From: a virus
Lineage: Duplodnaviria > Caudoviricetes
Virus record (IMG/VR): IMGVR_UViG_3300020045_006091
Span: 1-44,001 of that record
Length of the DNA: 44,001 nt
Strand: one strand, 5' to 3'
Positions 1 through 8,840 of the stretch are shown here, piece after piece. How positions within the stretch are numbered: position 1 is the stretch's first letter; every line of letters begins with the position of its first letter. The position numbers and the translations under genes are program-made. Under the pieces are notes generated by a model. It searched no databases, had not been told where the DNA came from, and saw only the letters and a program-made list of their open reading frames with translations.

Positions 1-71
1 ACGAGTAAAATTCAAAATATGTGCATTGACGCTTTTGGGCTTAATAATGGAATTAAAACAAGGGGCACAAA

Positions 72-260
72 ATGAAAACTGTGGGCTATAAAAAAATAAA
101 CGGTAAAGCAAAATTTTGTGCTTTTGGGCAATACTTTTATTATGGGTTTGGTGAATGGCATACTAGCCACCATAACGCAACTTGGTTGCAAAATGGGCTA
201 GGCTTTAAATTTAAAAAAGATGCGATTGACTACGCCAGAAAAAATAAGGGCATAAAATGA
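72..260 (+). CDS. Hypothetical small phage protein
   Basis: 62-aa ORF with upstream AGGGG RBS, in a run of co-oriented small ORFs. Confidence 0.6.
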   Translation: MKTVGYKKINGKAKFCAFGQYFYYGFGEWHTSHHNATWLQNGLGFKFKKDAIDYARKNKGIK

Positions 261-393
261 AAAAAATATTAGATATCGATAATTTTGAGATAGTATTATT
301 TGGTTTATTGCTTATTTCATTTTGTGCGATGATGTGTGAGTTTTATATTAATTTGATGTTTAAATAATTTTATATATTTTAAAGGGGGAAAAA

Positions 394-648
394 ATGAATG
401 AAGTTAAAAGATTGGAGATTATTCTCAAAAGTTTAAAAGAGGGCGTTGATTTATGCGTGTTTGATTTTGTAAACGATACGGCTATTATAAAAGATGGTGG
501 TATTATGTTTACATGTAAAGTTGTTTTTAGTGGTGAAATGGCGTTATTTCGTGATATCGTGCAAAAATGTGAAAATGTGCTTACTTTAGATGATATTTCA
601 GAAAATGTCCCTTTAGCACTTTTGGACAATGTAAAATTTGAAGGTTGA
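394..648 (+). CDS. Hypothetical protein
   Basis: 84-aa ORF with AAGGGGG RBS. Confidence 0.65.
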   Translation: MNEVKRLEIILKSLKEGVDLCVFDFVNDTAIIKDGGIMFTCKVVFSGEMALFRDIVQKCENVLTLDDISENVPLALLDNVKFEG

Positions 649-838
649 TATTATGCAAATTGTTTCATATAAGGGCTTAGTCGCTACGCTATACAACGAT
701 GGAAGCCTATACCTTTTGGAATTTGATAAACATTTTAAATCGTTACGAGGATTCAAGCGATGGGCATCAATATTTAGCTATAAATATTTGGATTTAAAAT
801 ATCGTGGGCAAAAAAAATTAAAAATAGAAAATTTATAA
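638..838 (+). CDS. Hypothetical protein (start may be the ATG at 653)
   Basis: ORF packed between neighbours. Confidence 0.55.
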   Translation: MKVDIMQIVSYKGLVATLYNDGSLYLLEFDKHFKSLRGFKRWASIFSYKYLDLKYRGQKKLKIENL

Positions 839-851
839 AAGGATTGCAAAA

Positions 852-1052
852 ATGAAAATATATGAACTTGAAACAAAAAACGGGCGTGTTTTTTGCGTTG
901 CTATTGCTAACAAAAATCAAGAAAATAGGCTTTTAAAGGCTATTGAATGCAACAAAAGTAAAAATTACGAAGTGTTTACCCGTGTTGAAATTGTCAAGAA
1001 TGGTATTCATGATATAGGTGATTTCGAGAAGTTGGCTGCTAGTTTAATATAA
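852..1052 (+). CDS. Hypothetical protein
   Basis: 66-aa ORF with AAAGGA RBS. Confidence 0.65.
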   Translation: MKIYELETKNGRVFCVAIANKNQENRLLKAIECNKSKNYEVFTRVEIVKNGIHDIGDFEKLAASLI

Positions 1053-1110
1053 AAAGCCATAGGACGATGCTCCACTAATTTTTTACAAATTAAATTTAAA
1101 AGGGTAAATT

Positions 1111-1329
1111 ATGAAAAAAGATACAGATTTTAAATTATGTGAACTGTTAAGTCAAAGATTTGATAAAGATGATATTTTAAAACATATTTTGGATTGCTTC
1201 AATAACCGCAGTTATGATTATGATCAATTTATAACTTATAGATTGAAAGTAAATGGTATTAAAGCTGGATTTATTGATTTATATATTTTGAAAGATGGTT
1301 TTGTTTTGGTATCGATGATAAAAGAATGA
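1111..1329 (+). CDS. Hypothetical protein
   Basis: 72-aa ORF with AAAGGG RBS. Confidence 0.6.
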   Translation: MKKDTDFKLCELLSQRFDKDDILKHILDCFNNRSYDYDQFITYRLKVNGIKAGFIDLYILKDGFVLVSMIKE

Positions 1330-1479
1330 AACTTTTTCCCAAATGGTGAAGCGTATAAGGATTGTATGATAAAAAGTCCACAGTAGTGCTTCACACCAAA
1401 TTTTTCTAACTTTTAATTCAGTTCTAATTTTATTATTTGTAAGTCTATTTACTAAATTTTATACATAAAAGGGTTTTAT

Positions 1480-1854
1480 ATGAAAAAGAAAGTTTGTGCT
1501 TTACTGCTTGATCAAGAGCGTGCCGAAAAAGAGTTTCTTAAGTCTATTGCAATTAATTGGTGGAAAAAGTTTCACGAAAAAGAAAAAGAGTGCTTAAAGC
1601 TCTCTGAGCGTTTAGATAACATAGAGGCTTATCTTGTTAAGTTAAGTGGCTTACCGTTCAAAAATGAGGTCATGGAGGCTTTAAAAACCGACATGCCTTT
1701 CTCTGTGGAAGAAAGTGAAAAGATTAGTGATGGAGCTAAAGCAATGATGATGTTAACTGCTGCTGATGCAAGAGTTTATGATGCTGCATGTAAGTTTCTT
1801 TATAAGCTTTCTATAACAAACCCCAAACTATATCAAGCTATGACAAACTTGTAA
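1480..1854 (+). CDS. Hypothetical helical protein
   Basis: 124-aa ORF with AAAGGG RBS. Confidence 0.7.
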   Translation: MKKKVCALLLDQERAEKEFLKSIAINWWKKFHEKEKECLKLSERLDNIEAYLVKLSGLPFKNEVMEALKTDMPFSVEESEKISDGAKAMMMLTAADARVYDAACKFLYKLSITNPKLYQAMTNL

Positions 1855-1959
1855 ACCCATAGGAGAGGTCGCCACCAAATTTTTACTAGGAGGCTTCCTC
1901 ACCAATTTTTTTGAAATCTTATTTTAAATGCTATTTTTCGATATGTGATTAAATTTTTA

Positions 1960-3498
1960 TTAAAATAATTCTTCCCAATTAAAGGATACACTAACCGTAA
2001 CTCCGTTTCCACCTCTATCTTTAGCAATTATTGCAAAAGTATCTCCTGCATAAGCATAAGCCCCTATCTTTTCAGCTTCCAATATAGCTCTTGTTACTGT
2101 TGCCCCTTTTAGTGAGCCAGTATATGATACTAACCCTTGGTCTATAACTGCTCCTGATGTGGGCACTATTGCACTTCCTATGCCACTTGTATGGTCATAT
2201 TGTATTACTGAACTATCAGAATTTATATTTACCCAATTTGGTGTTCCTGTAAAATTTGAATATTTTATTAATTGAAATACTACTTCTCCGTAAACATTTC
2301 CAGCAGGTACATAAACATTAATTGTGTATCTAGTGAGTCTTGCTTTTACATTATTTGATTTACCATGGAATAAGTCTAACGACTTGAACGCTACAATCGT
2401 TTTTACTGCTGTTCCTACTGTCGTAGCTGTCCCCTCTAGTGGGTCAGCACCTAGCAACTGTATTGGGAAATGGAACGGTCTTAGCCCTATTAGTTGTGTG
2501 TTTCCTATTATTCCCCCGTTCCAAGAAGCTGTTATTGCTTTTGCTCCATCGTGAGACATTATGCAAATTGGAAATACAGGGGTTGATGTGTGTGTTTCTG
2601 TTGTCTTCCCTTCTGTATCCACCATGTGTAAAAGCTTCCATAACCCATTTACTTTTACGAATAGCATAGGATTTGCGACCCCTAAATATCCAAACATAAT
2701 CATATAAATGTTTAAATTTAAAAGTGCTAAGCCGTGATTTACTACTTCATCTAGTCCGTTTTCGTAGTTACTTCCTTTTTGCACTCCATTTTTTAAAAAT
2801 CCAAAGTGAAGCCCGCTTCCCACTGAGTCTATTGTAATTATAAAACCATTTGACATGTTAGGATTAAAACCACCACCATGAACATAACCTCCATCTGTTA
2901 CATCTCCTCCTAGGGTAAATATAGCATATCCGCTATGCCCTGAAACATATCTAATTGAATCTTTTGAACAAATGTAGCTTGTTTCTCCTGGTGCAAGTGT
3001 TTCGGCATAAGCAACACTGTCTTGTACCCCCACGGAAGCACCAACGCCCGTTGTACTTGTTTTAACACTAAACTGTGTATCTAAATAATTATATTGAAAC
3101 TGTACTGATATATCATCTTGTTTAAATCCTACCAACTGCTCCCCAAATGGAAATGTCAGGCTCTGAACTCCACCTGCTCCAAGTCCTTGTGCTTTTATGG
3201 ATTCATTTGCAATAATTACACTATCAAATTTACTGTCTCTTGTAATTGCTAAATATACAGGGTTTAATGCTGTTGCATTTGCGTTTCTAACATAAATGTC
3301 TTTGTCAAATTTTGGAGTGTCTTTAGTTAGAACTGCTGTTGTGCTTGTTTCCGTATTTATTGGCGACCATTGTGTTTCTGAGTGGTTTGTATTTATTTGA
3401 GATATCTCCATCTCTACATATCCGTTAGTGTCTGGGTCTATCTCTATTAAAATCCATTCTGATGATGTTATGGTTATCTTTTCTCTTAAATCTGCCAT
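1960..3498 (-). CDS. Beta-rich 512-aa phage protein, possibly virion-associated
   Basis: Long G/T/S/V-rich ORF, AAAGGA RBS, own candidate -10 (GATATAAT near 3526-3534). Confidence 0.75.
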   Translation of the reverse strand: MADLREKITITSSEWILIEIDPDTNGYVEMEISQINTNHSETQWSPINTETSTTAVLTKDTPKFDKDIYVRNANATALNPVYLAITRDSKFDSVIIANESIKAQGLGAGGVQSLTFPFGEQLVGFKQDDISVQFQYNYLDTQFSVKTSTTGVGASVGVQDSVAYAETLAPGETSYICSKDSIRYVSGHSGYAIFTLGGDVTDGGYVHGGGFNPNMSNGFIITIDSVGSGLHFGFLKNGVQKGSNYENGLDEVVNHGLALLNLNIYMIMFGYLGVANPMLFVKVNGLWKLLHMVDTEGKTTETHTSTPVFPICIMSHDGAKAITASWNGGIIGNTQLIGLRPFHFPIQLLGADPLEGTATTVGTAVKTIVAFKSLDLFHGKSNNVKARLTRYTINVYVPAGNVYGEVVFQLIKYSNFTGTPNWVNINSDSSVIQYDHTSGIGSAIVPTSGAVIDQGLVSYTGSLKGATVTRAILEAEKIGAYAYAGDTFAIIAKDRGGNGVTVSVSFNWEELF

Positions 3499-3538
3499 CT
3501 TCTATCCTTTAAGATTATTTTTACAATTATATCTAAAA

Positions 3539-3778
3539 TTAGAATCCACCTGCATCATCAATATCTGCGCTTCCATCTTCGATGTCTTTTATAATTGCCT
3601 TGCGCTTATCTTCATTAAAGCATAATATCCCCAACTTTGAATTAATGGCTTCAATATTTGCCTTTTTTTCTTCAAAGGTTAAGTTAAAATGTGTCTTTAC
3701 TTGCTCTAGTAACTCTTTTAGTTCGTTTACGCTTCTGTCGTCTAAGTTGTACATTCTTATTTTTTGTTCATGTTTCAT
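3539..3778 (-). CDS. Hypothetical protein
   Basis: ORF; likely start is the ATG at 3778 (MKHEQK), directly after the dut stop, with AAGGA RBS. Confidence 0.65.
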   Translation of the reverse strand: MKHEQKIRMYNLDDRSVNELKELLEQVKTHFNLTFEEKKANIEAINSKLGILCFNEDKRKAIIKDIEDGSADIDDAGGF

Positions 3779-3779
3779 T

Positions 3780-4216
3780 TTAAAATTCCTTATCTGTTGA
3801 GCCAAAGCCACTAACGCCTCGCTCTGTTTCGCTTAATTCATCTACTTCCATGAAATAACATCGTGGAGTATTTATTAAGCATCCTTGGGCTATTGCATCG
3901 CCTTTGTTTATCTTTGGATATGATGAAGCATGACATATAAGCTTGACCATAACTTCGCCTCTGTAATCAAAAATCTACAACGCCAGTTCCATTTGCCAAG
4001 GTCGTTAGTGCCTTAAACCCGTGACCGCTTCTTGAATAAATCATTAAAGCGTGTTCGTGTGGTATCTCAACCGCCCACCCTGTCTTTATCACTGATACCC
4101 ATTTACCTTTTCCATGTCCACTCAGGCTTTTCGTAGCAAAATAAGTCGAAACAACTCGCACTATCTGTACTGTATTGTGGTAATATCGCTTTTTCGTTTA
4201 GTCTTTTTATTTTCAT
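3780..4216 (-). pseudogene. dut: Trimeric dUTPase interrupted by two frameshifts
   Basis: Across three frames: MKIKRLNEKAILPQY..ASCFDL / KTG..SRSG..NGTGVVDF / DYRGE..IAQG..ERGVSGFGST, i.e. all five dUTPase motifs; breaks at homopolymers 4108-4111 and 3969-3973. Confidence 0.9.
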
Positions 4217-4217
4217 A

Positions 4218-4397
4218 TTATTTTCTCCTCTCTATACATTCCCACCAAACGCCATAATTATCGTTCAGTCGTTCTCGGACATCAATCTGTCCACCTAGCT
4301 CTTTGCATTCCATTTCTGTTTCAAGTGGCTTCACTATAAACTGTGGTGTTCCTTGGGGTGTTGTTCCTAAGTATAGGATTAAGAGGAAGCTACTCAT
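4218..4397 (-). CDS. Hypothetical 59-aa protein (MSSFLLILYLG...)
   Basis: Manually translated; exactly fills the gap between neighbours. Confidence 0.6.
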   Translation of the reverse strand: MSSFLLILYLGTTPQGTPQFIVKPLETEMECKELGGQIDVRERLNDNYGVWWECIERRK

Positions 4398-4730
4398 TTA
4401 CTTATCCTCGCACCCATTGTTAAAATACTGCTCCCACTCTTCTTTGGTTGCCATTTCTTCTTTAATCGTTTTTGTAGCTGTGCAATCTTCACATATATAT
4501 TTACCTCTAAAGTGTAATTTAGGGTATCCAATTTGCTGTTTCCATTTATGCTCTGCACCATTTAAACAATCTGCCTTACCCATAACTTTATAGTTAACGG
4601 TAGGCTCTGCATACACCTCAAAGTTTTTATAACAATTAGGACACTCGTATTGTTCATATCCCTCATAATGTTCATCTGTATCTAGTTGCACATATTTTTC
4701 ACAATATAGACATTTTAGTGTTGTACTCAT
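4398..4730 (-). CDS. Zinc-ribbon protein
   Basis: Three CxxC pairs (CLYC, CPNC, CEDC). Confidence 0.7.
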   Translation of the reverse strand: MSTTLKCLYCEKYVQLDTDEHYEGYEQYECPNCYKNFEVYAEPTVNYKVMGKADCLNGAEHKWKQQIGYPKLHFRGKYICEDCTATKTIKEEMATKEEWEQYFNNGCEDK

Positions 4731-4740
4731 TTACTCTCCT

Positions 4741-5154
4741 TTAGCATTTTACATTTTTAGTTATTTTTTGAACAATAACAACTCTATCTCTTAAATCTCT
4801 TACGAATGCACTATTAAGAGCATCTTCTAATTCCTTGATACGCTCATCTTTAGCTTCAAGCTCTGCTTCGAACTTATTATATATTTGAGTTAAAAACTTT
4901 TCTGTTTCATTCACCAATATGTCATTAAACATATAATGACATATTGGTGCATATTGAAATAAAAATTCTCCAAGACTTATTTCTCTCATTTTTCTAGTCA
5001 ATAATTTATCTTTAGCTTTAAGTTGTGCTTCAAGGTCTTTTTCAAGTGCATTATAAGTACACTCAAAACCATCTTCAAATCCCTCTTTATACATGCCTGA
5101 AGCATTTTTAGGTATTTTACTTAATAAAAATTGTAATTTTTCCTCTCTATTCAT
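4741..5154 (-). CDS. Hypothetical coiled-coil protein
   Basis: 137-aa ORF with AAGGAG RBS; internal repeat LEAQLKAKD/FEAELEAKD. Confidence 0.7.
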   Translation of the reverse strand: MNREEKLQFLLSKIPKNASGMYKEGFEDGFECTYNALEKDLEAQLKAKDKLLTRKMREISLGEFLFQYAPICHYMFNDILVNETEKFLTQIYNKFEAELEAKDERIKELEDALNSAFVRDLRDRVVIVQKITKNVKC

Positions 5155-5375
5155 AACTGCTCCTTTGGCTCGTATTGGTCTTGAACATTTCGGCTACACA
5201 TATAACACTCATTGCTCATTTCATTTTCGCCCTTATCAAATTTACACCCCTCACAACTCTTAGGCTTCATAGCTTTTTTAAGTTCAGCTATGGCTTCATC
5301 ACTTTCATATTTAGCAATAATTGCTAATCCGTCCATTTTTTCTATTTTTTTTAATATCTCTAATGCCTTATTCAT
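5151..5375 (-). CDS. Hypothetical Cys-rich protein (MNKALEIL...)
   Basis: Start reassigned to the ATG at 5375 after AAGGA; CEGC and CYMC motifs. Confidence 0.65.
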   Translation of the reverse strand: MNKALEILKKIEKMDGLAIIAKYESDEAIAELKKAMKPKSCEGCKFDKGENEMSNECYMCSRNVQDQYEPKEQL

Positions 5376-5814
5376 TACAAATCCTTTGAGAGTTTGGTAA
5401 TTCACCAATAAACGGTTTACATGATAAAGCTTGAAACGCCATGCCTTTACTAGATGTACCACAATATAAACCATTACACATTTCTGAAAATTGACCAAAA
5501 ATAAATTCATCAAATAAAATACTATTTGAAAACCAACAGTATTCATTTGATTTTGGTTGCCAAAGTTCACACTCTTCTACCAACCACCCTTGTTGACCAA
5601 AAATATCATCATAACCATCAGAGATGTATAGAGTTCCATCTTCATCTTCAAATGTCCCCTTGTATTTAAATATTCTATTATGTTCTGGAACTCTTACCCA
5701 ATCACCTACTTTAAACATCATAAATCCTTTTCCATCTTTAGCTTTTTCAAGTGCTTTATAGCTGTCTTTGTAGAAGTTATCATCTATAATTTTATCGTTC
5801 ATACAAGCCATCAC
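5368..5814 (-). CDS. Hypothetical protein (FKVGDWV phage motif); internal start at about 5718-5721 likely
   Basis: ORF with an internal AAGGA-ATG. Confidence 0.65.
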   Translation of the reverse strand: MMACMNDKIIDDNFYKDSYKALEKAKDGKGFMMFKVGDWVRVPEHNRIFKYKGTFEDEDGTLYISDGYDDIFGQQGWLVEECELWQPKSNEYCWFSNSILFDEFIFGQFSEMCNGLYCGTSSKGMAFQALSCKPFIGELPNSQRICNE

Positions 5815-6032
5815 AAATCCTTTACTCTAAACTTCACATGTTTTCCATTTCTTCTAATTCTTTCTGTACTGTGAGTAAATGAGTTAAATCTTATTTTTCA
5901 TACATTACCTCTATGTTTAATTTCATACTTTAAACTCATCACAAATCCCTTTCCAATTCTTCTATCTCCCACGATAGAAACATAAGCTTGATCTACAAGC
6001 CAACGCATATTAAGCCACATAAGATTATTAAG

Positions 6033-6320
6033 CTAGTCATTTGGCACTTCCCATTGTCTGCCTGTTTTTTGGTACACTTTATAAGTATCTTGATTTTTCA
6101 TTTCTTCTTCTGTTGTAATTGCATCAAACAATGACCAGCCAATACATTGAGTTAAAACCATCCACTCATACACCGTCTTAGTCTTTGGCTTCTCTTTGAT
6201 GCGGTAGTCCATATTATCGAAATTCCAGCGTGGTTCATTTGTATCCATCCACTCATTTTGTGTTTTAGGTTTAAACTCAACCTCGCCACCATCTCGGTAG
6301 TATTCCATTACGGCTATCAT
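6033..6320 (-). CDS. Hypothetical phage protein
   Basis: 95-aa ORF with a P-W-F-YRIK pattern common in phage hypothetical proteins. Confidence 0.65.
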   Translation of the reverse strand: MIAVMEYYRDGGEVEFKPKTQNEWMDTNEPRWNFDNMDYRIKEKPKTKTVYEWMVLTQCIGWSLFDAITTEEEMKNQDTYKVYQKTGRQWEVPND

Positions 6321-6337
6321 TTCATCTATTTTCTTTG

Positions 6338-6766
6338 TTAGTCCTTTAAAAGATGTTCGTGTTCGTAGATATTTCCGATGACTTCAATCAACTCACTATC
6401 AAAATTTTCAAGCTCTTCATAAATCCAATCACCTTTATTTGGATTAATTGCTTCTACTCCATATTGAAATCTATCGTTGTTATATGTAACTTGATATTTT
6501 CCATCACCACAATCGCAATGCGTTAAAATATCACCCTCATAAATCTCTACACCGTTTTTGTCTTTCAAACCTGTGTATTGCATTAGTACATCATTGTTTG
6601 AATACTCCCACTCCCAAGGCTCTAATGTATAACATTCAGGGTCACAATTTTCAGGTATCTGTAAAATTTGAGCAACACGCATACCTTTTGATGTTCCGAT
6701 TAAAGTGTCAACTAAAAACATTCCTTCATATTTGTCAAATACTCTAAACTTTATCTCTCTCATCAT
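6338..6766 (-). CDS. YopX-family protein
   Basis: [34 protein letters not shown] signature. Confidence 0.92.
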   Translation of the reverse strand: MMREIKFRVFDKYEGMFLVDTLIGTSKGMRVAQILQIPENCDPECYTLEPWEWEYSNNDVLMQYTGLKDKNGVEIYEGDILTHCDCGDGKYQVTYNNDRFQYGVEAINPNKGDWIYEELENFDSELIEVIGNIYEHEHLLKD

Positions 6767-7620
6767 CTCACCTCAATTTTTTTCAATGATGTAATCCCTG
6801 CACCTTCAATCATACCTTGAAGCTTATTTATGATTTTCTCGATTGGTGTTTGTTTTGGTGCTGATACCTCAAACATTGCAGTTACTGTAAAGATACGCTT
6901 GCCGTCATCTGTGAATGTAGGCTCTTTTGGTGCTTCTTCTTGTGGGATATGAACTGGTGCAACAGTTGGCTTTTGCGCTTCTGCTAACTCTCTTTCATGC
7001 TTCTTGATAAGCTCTTCTTTCTCTAGTTGCGCATTTGCTTCTGACTCTTTGCGAGCTTCTTCTTTGATGCGCTCAACCTCTTTAGCCTTCTCTTCTGCAT
7101 TTAAACGAGCTTTCAAAATCTGATTTTCTACTGCTTGAATGCGTTGGTCGATTATGTCACTCGTTTTCTTTGCGATTGAGTAACCCTTGCTATTTACATT
7201 TACGGCTGATAAAATTACAAGGTCAGTTATCGTAATTGATTCAGGGGTGATGTTAGCCGTCAAACATGCATCATCTCTGTACTTCTCAATAATGACCTTA
7301 ATCGCTTCAAGTTTTCCTTTTTCAAAGTTCTTTACCTGGTTATCAAGTGCAGCGCGTGCAGTGTCATAATAACCTTCAATCTCTTTGGCTTTTGTATCAA
7401 GCGGTAAAAGTGGTGATAAAACTTCATTTTTGAAATCTTTGTACTTCTTTTTAAAATCGTCTTTATCTTTGTTCACCTCTGCCATGAGTTTTTTTGTCTC
7501 AGGGAGTGAATCTTCTGTAACGATAATGTCGTACTTGTTCTGAATATCTTTTTTGATGTTCTCCGCTAACTCTTCCATATTGCTTGAAATATCAAGCTTG
7601 TGTGCTACTACTAAATCCAT
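6763..7620 (-). CDS. DUF1351-like coiled-coil phage protein
   Basis: N.EEL..KY..IVTED...KKLMAEVNK pattern followed by a charged coiled coil. Confidence 0.75.
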   Translation of the reverse strand: MDLVVAHKLDISSNMEELAENIKKDIQNKYDIIVTEDSLPETKKLMAEVNKDKDDFKKKYKDFKNEVLSPLLPLDTKAKEIEGYYDTARAALDNQVKNFEKGKLEAIKVIIEKYRDDACLTANITPESITITDLVILSAVNVNSKGYSIAKKTSDIIDQRIQAVENQILKARLNAEEKAKEVERIKEEARKESEANAQLEKEELIKKHERELAEAQKPTVAPVHIPQEEAPKEPTFTDDGKRIFTVTAMFEVSAPKQTPIEKIINKLQGMIEGAGITSLKKIEVR

Positions 7621-7862
7621 TATGCCCTCTCATTCAATCTTACGATAACGCTAGGCTCTCGTAATTCTTTTAACTGATCTCTCAGAAACTCATTACCTCT
7701 TTTTTGAAACTCGATTGTCTCTTGCTGTTTTTTTACGATTCGACCAAGTTCTAAATTTTGGCGAAGAACTTTTTTGAAATCGTTAGCATCAATTCTCACC
7801 TTAAAACCATTTTGGAAAATGTCAGTTAAAAATTGTTCTTCACTAAGTTCAATGTCAGGCAT
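7620..7862 (-). CDS. Hypothetical protein
   Basis: 80-aa ORF coupled to neighbours by TAATG overlaps. Confidence 0.7.
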   Translation of the reverse strand: MPDIELSEEQFLTDIFQNGFKVRIDANDFKKVLRQNLELGRIVKKQQETIEFQKRGNEFLRDQLKELREPSVIVRLNERA

Positions 7863-7984
7863 TAAATCTTCCTTTCAATCTTCAAGTTTGAAGCTGGATA
7901 TTGGCTATCCAAGTATCTCAAAATCACCGCTTTTTCTGCTTTGTCACCTTTTACATATGCGTTTAACCAAAATATCTTAGGCAT
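7862..7984 (-). CDS. Hypothetical 40-aa protein (MPKIFWLNAY...)
   Basis: AAGGAG RBS; stop overlaps the next ATG. Confidence 0.55.
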   Translation of the reverse strand: MPKIFWLNAYVKGDKAEKAVILRYLDSQYPASNLKIERKI

Positions 7985-8194
7985 TTTCTTACTCCTTAAA
8001 AAATTTAAAAAACTTCATACCGTTTCCCCGTATCTTGAAACCGATGTATCAGTGCGCTGTATTCGCATAAAGTTTGTAAAACTCTTTAAAAGGGCACTTG
8101 CAAAACCATTTTTACTCAAAAGTTAATATATGCCGTGTGTTGAATGCTTTATGCCCTTATTTAAAAGTTTAAGCCCCATTGATGAGGCTATGAT

Positions 8195-8668
8195 TTATAA
8201 ATTTGTATCAATATTAAAATGCTTTGCTATCTTAATAAAGAGTTCTATACTTAGCACATATTGCAGTGCATAGCCATTTCTTTCAACCGCTTTGAGTACG
8301 ATTGCTTCGGTTTGGTCTTTCACATATCGCAGTGCATCGCCATCACTTTCAACCGCTTTGAGTGCGATTGCTTCGGTTTGGTCTTTCACATATTGCAGTG
8401 CATAGCCATCACTTTCAACCGCTTTGAGTGCGATTGCTTCGGTTTGGTCTTTCACATATTGCAGTGCATAGCCATTTCTTTCAACCGCTTTGAGTGCGAT
8501 TGCTTCGGTTTGGTCTTTCACATATCGCAGTGCATAGCCATTTCTTTCAACCGCTTTGAGTGCGATTGCTTCGGTTTGGTCTTTCACATATCGCAGTGCA
8601 TCGCCATCACTTTCAACCGCTTTGAGTGCGACATCAAGTGTCATTAATCCCATAAAATTAACTCTCAT
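8195..8668 (-). CDS. DUF4116-like helical repeat protein
   Basis: 22-aa repeats ALKAVE(SD/RN)G(D/Y)AL(R/Q)YVKDQTEAI; AAGGAG RBS. Confidence 0.85.
   Translation of the reverse strand: MRVNFMGLMTLDVALKAVESDGDALRYVKDQTEAIALKAVERNGYALRYVKDQTEAIALKAVERNGYALQYVKDQTEAIALKAVESDGYALQYVKDQTEAIALKAVESDGDALRYVKDQTEAIVLKAVERNGYALQYVLSIELFIKIAKHFNIDTNL
8255..8631. repeat. 66-bp coding tandem repeat, about 5.7 units
   Basis: CACATA anchor recurs at 8255, 8321, 8387, 8453, 8519 and 8585. Confidence 0.95.
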
Positions 8669-8733
8669 AATTGCTCCTTATTTAAAAGTCTTTCAGCCAA
8701 TAAATATAAACTGATGCGAGAACTTTACAAGAA

Positions 8734-8782
8734 TTTACCTTAAAATATTATTAAGGTAAAAATAAATATAAATTAAGGTAAA
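8734..8782. promoter_or_regulatory. Divergent control region with three TTAAGGTAAA boxes
   Basis: Perfect inverted pair 8734-8743/8751-8760 plus a direct copy at 8773-8782, between the divergent operons. Confidence 0.6.
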
Positions 8783-8840
8783 TTTAAAGAATGATTATGT
8801 ATAGTTTCGTCAGAGTTTAAAGAATATTGACAGGAATAAC

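Larger units (their letters stand above)
1057..1912 (+). repeat. Four copies of an intergenic bipartite motif (CCA)TAGGA-N8-CAC[C/T]AA(A)TTTTT
   Basis: Copies at 1057-1084, 1378-1405 (CCACAGTA variant), 1857-1884 and 1887-1912, all with an 8-nt variable spacer. Confidence 0.75.

Noticed and set aside
1378-1912. tRNA 3' ends or attP sites (CACCA followed by T-runs)
   Set aside because: No T-arm GTTCRA and no cloverleaf upstream
1057-1912. Sigma54 promoters on the minus strand
   Set aside because: A GG is present in three copies but the -12 GC is absent at the required spacing
3967-4161. Stand-alone 64-aa ORF
   Set aside because: It is the middle fragment of the frameshifted dUTPase
7990-8190. 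Structured RNA in the leftward operon gap
   Set aside because: Only short imperfect stems found by eye; insufficient support
8255-8631. CRISPR array
   Set aside because: Contiguous 66-bp coding repeats with no unique spacers
8261-8647. Cys-rich repeat ORF on the plus strand
   Set aside because: Antisense reading of the DUF4116-like repeat
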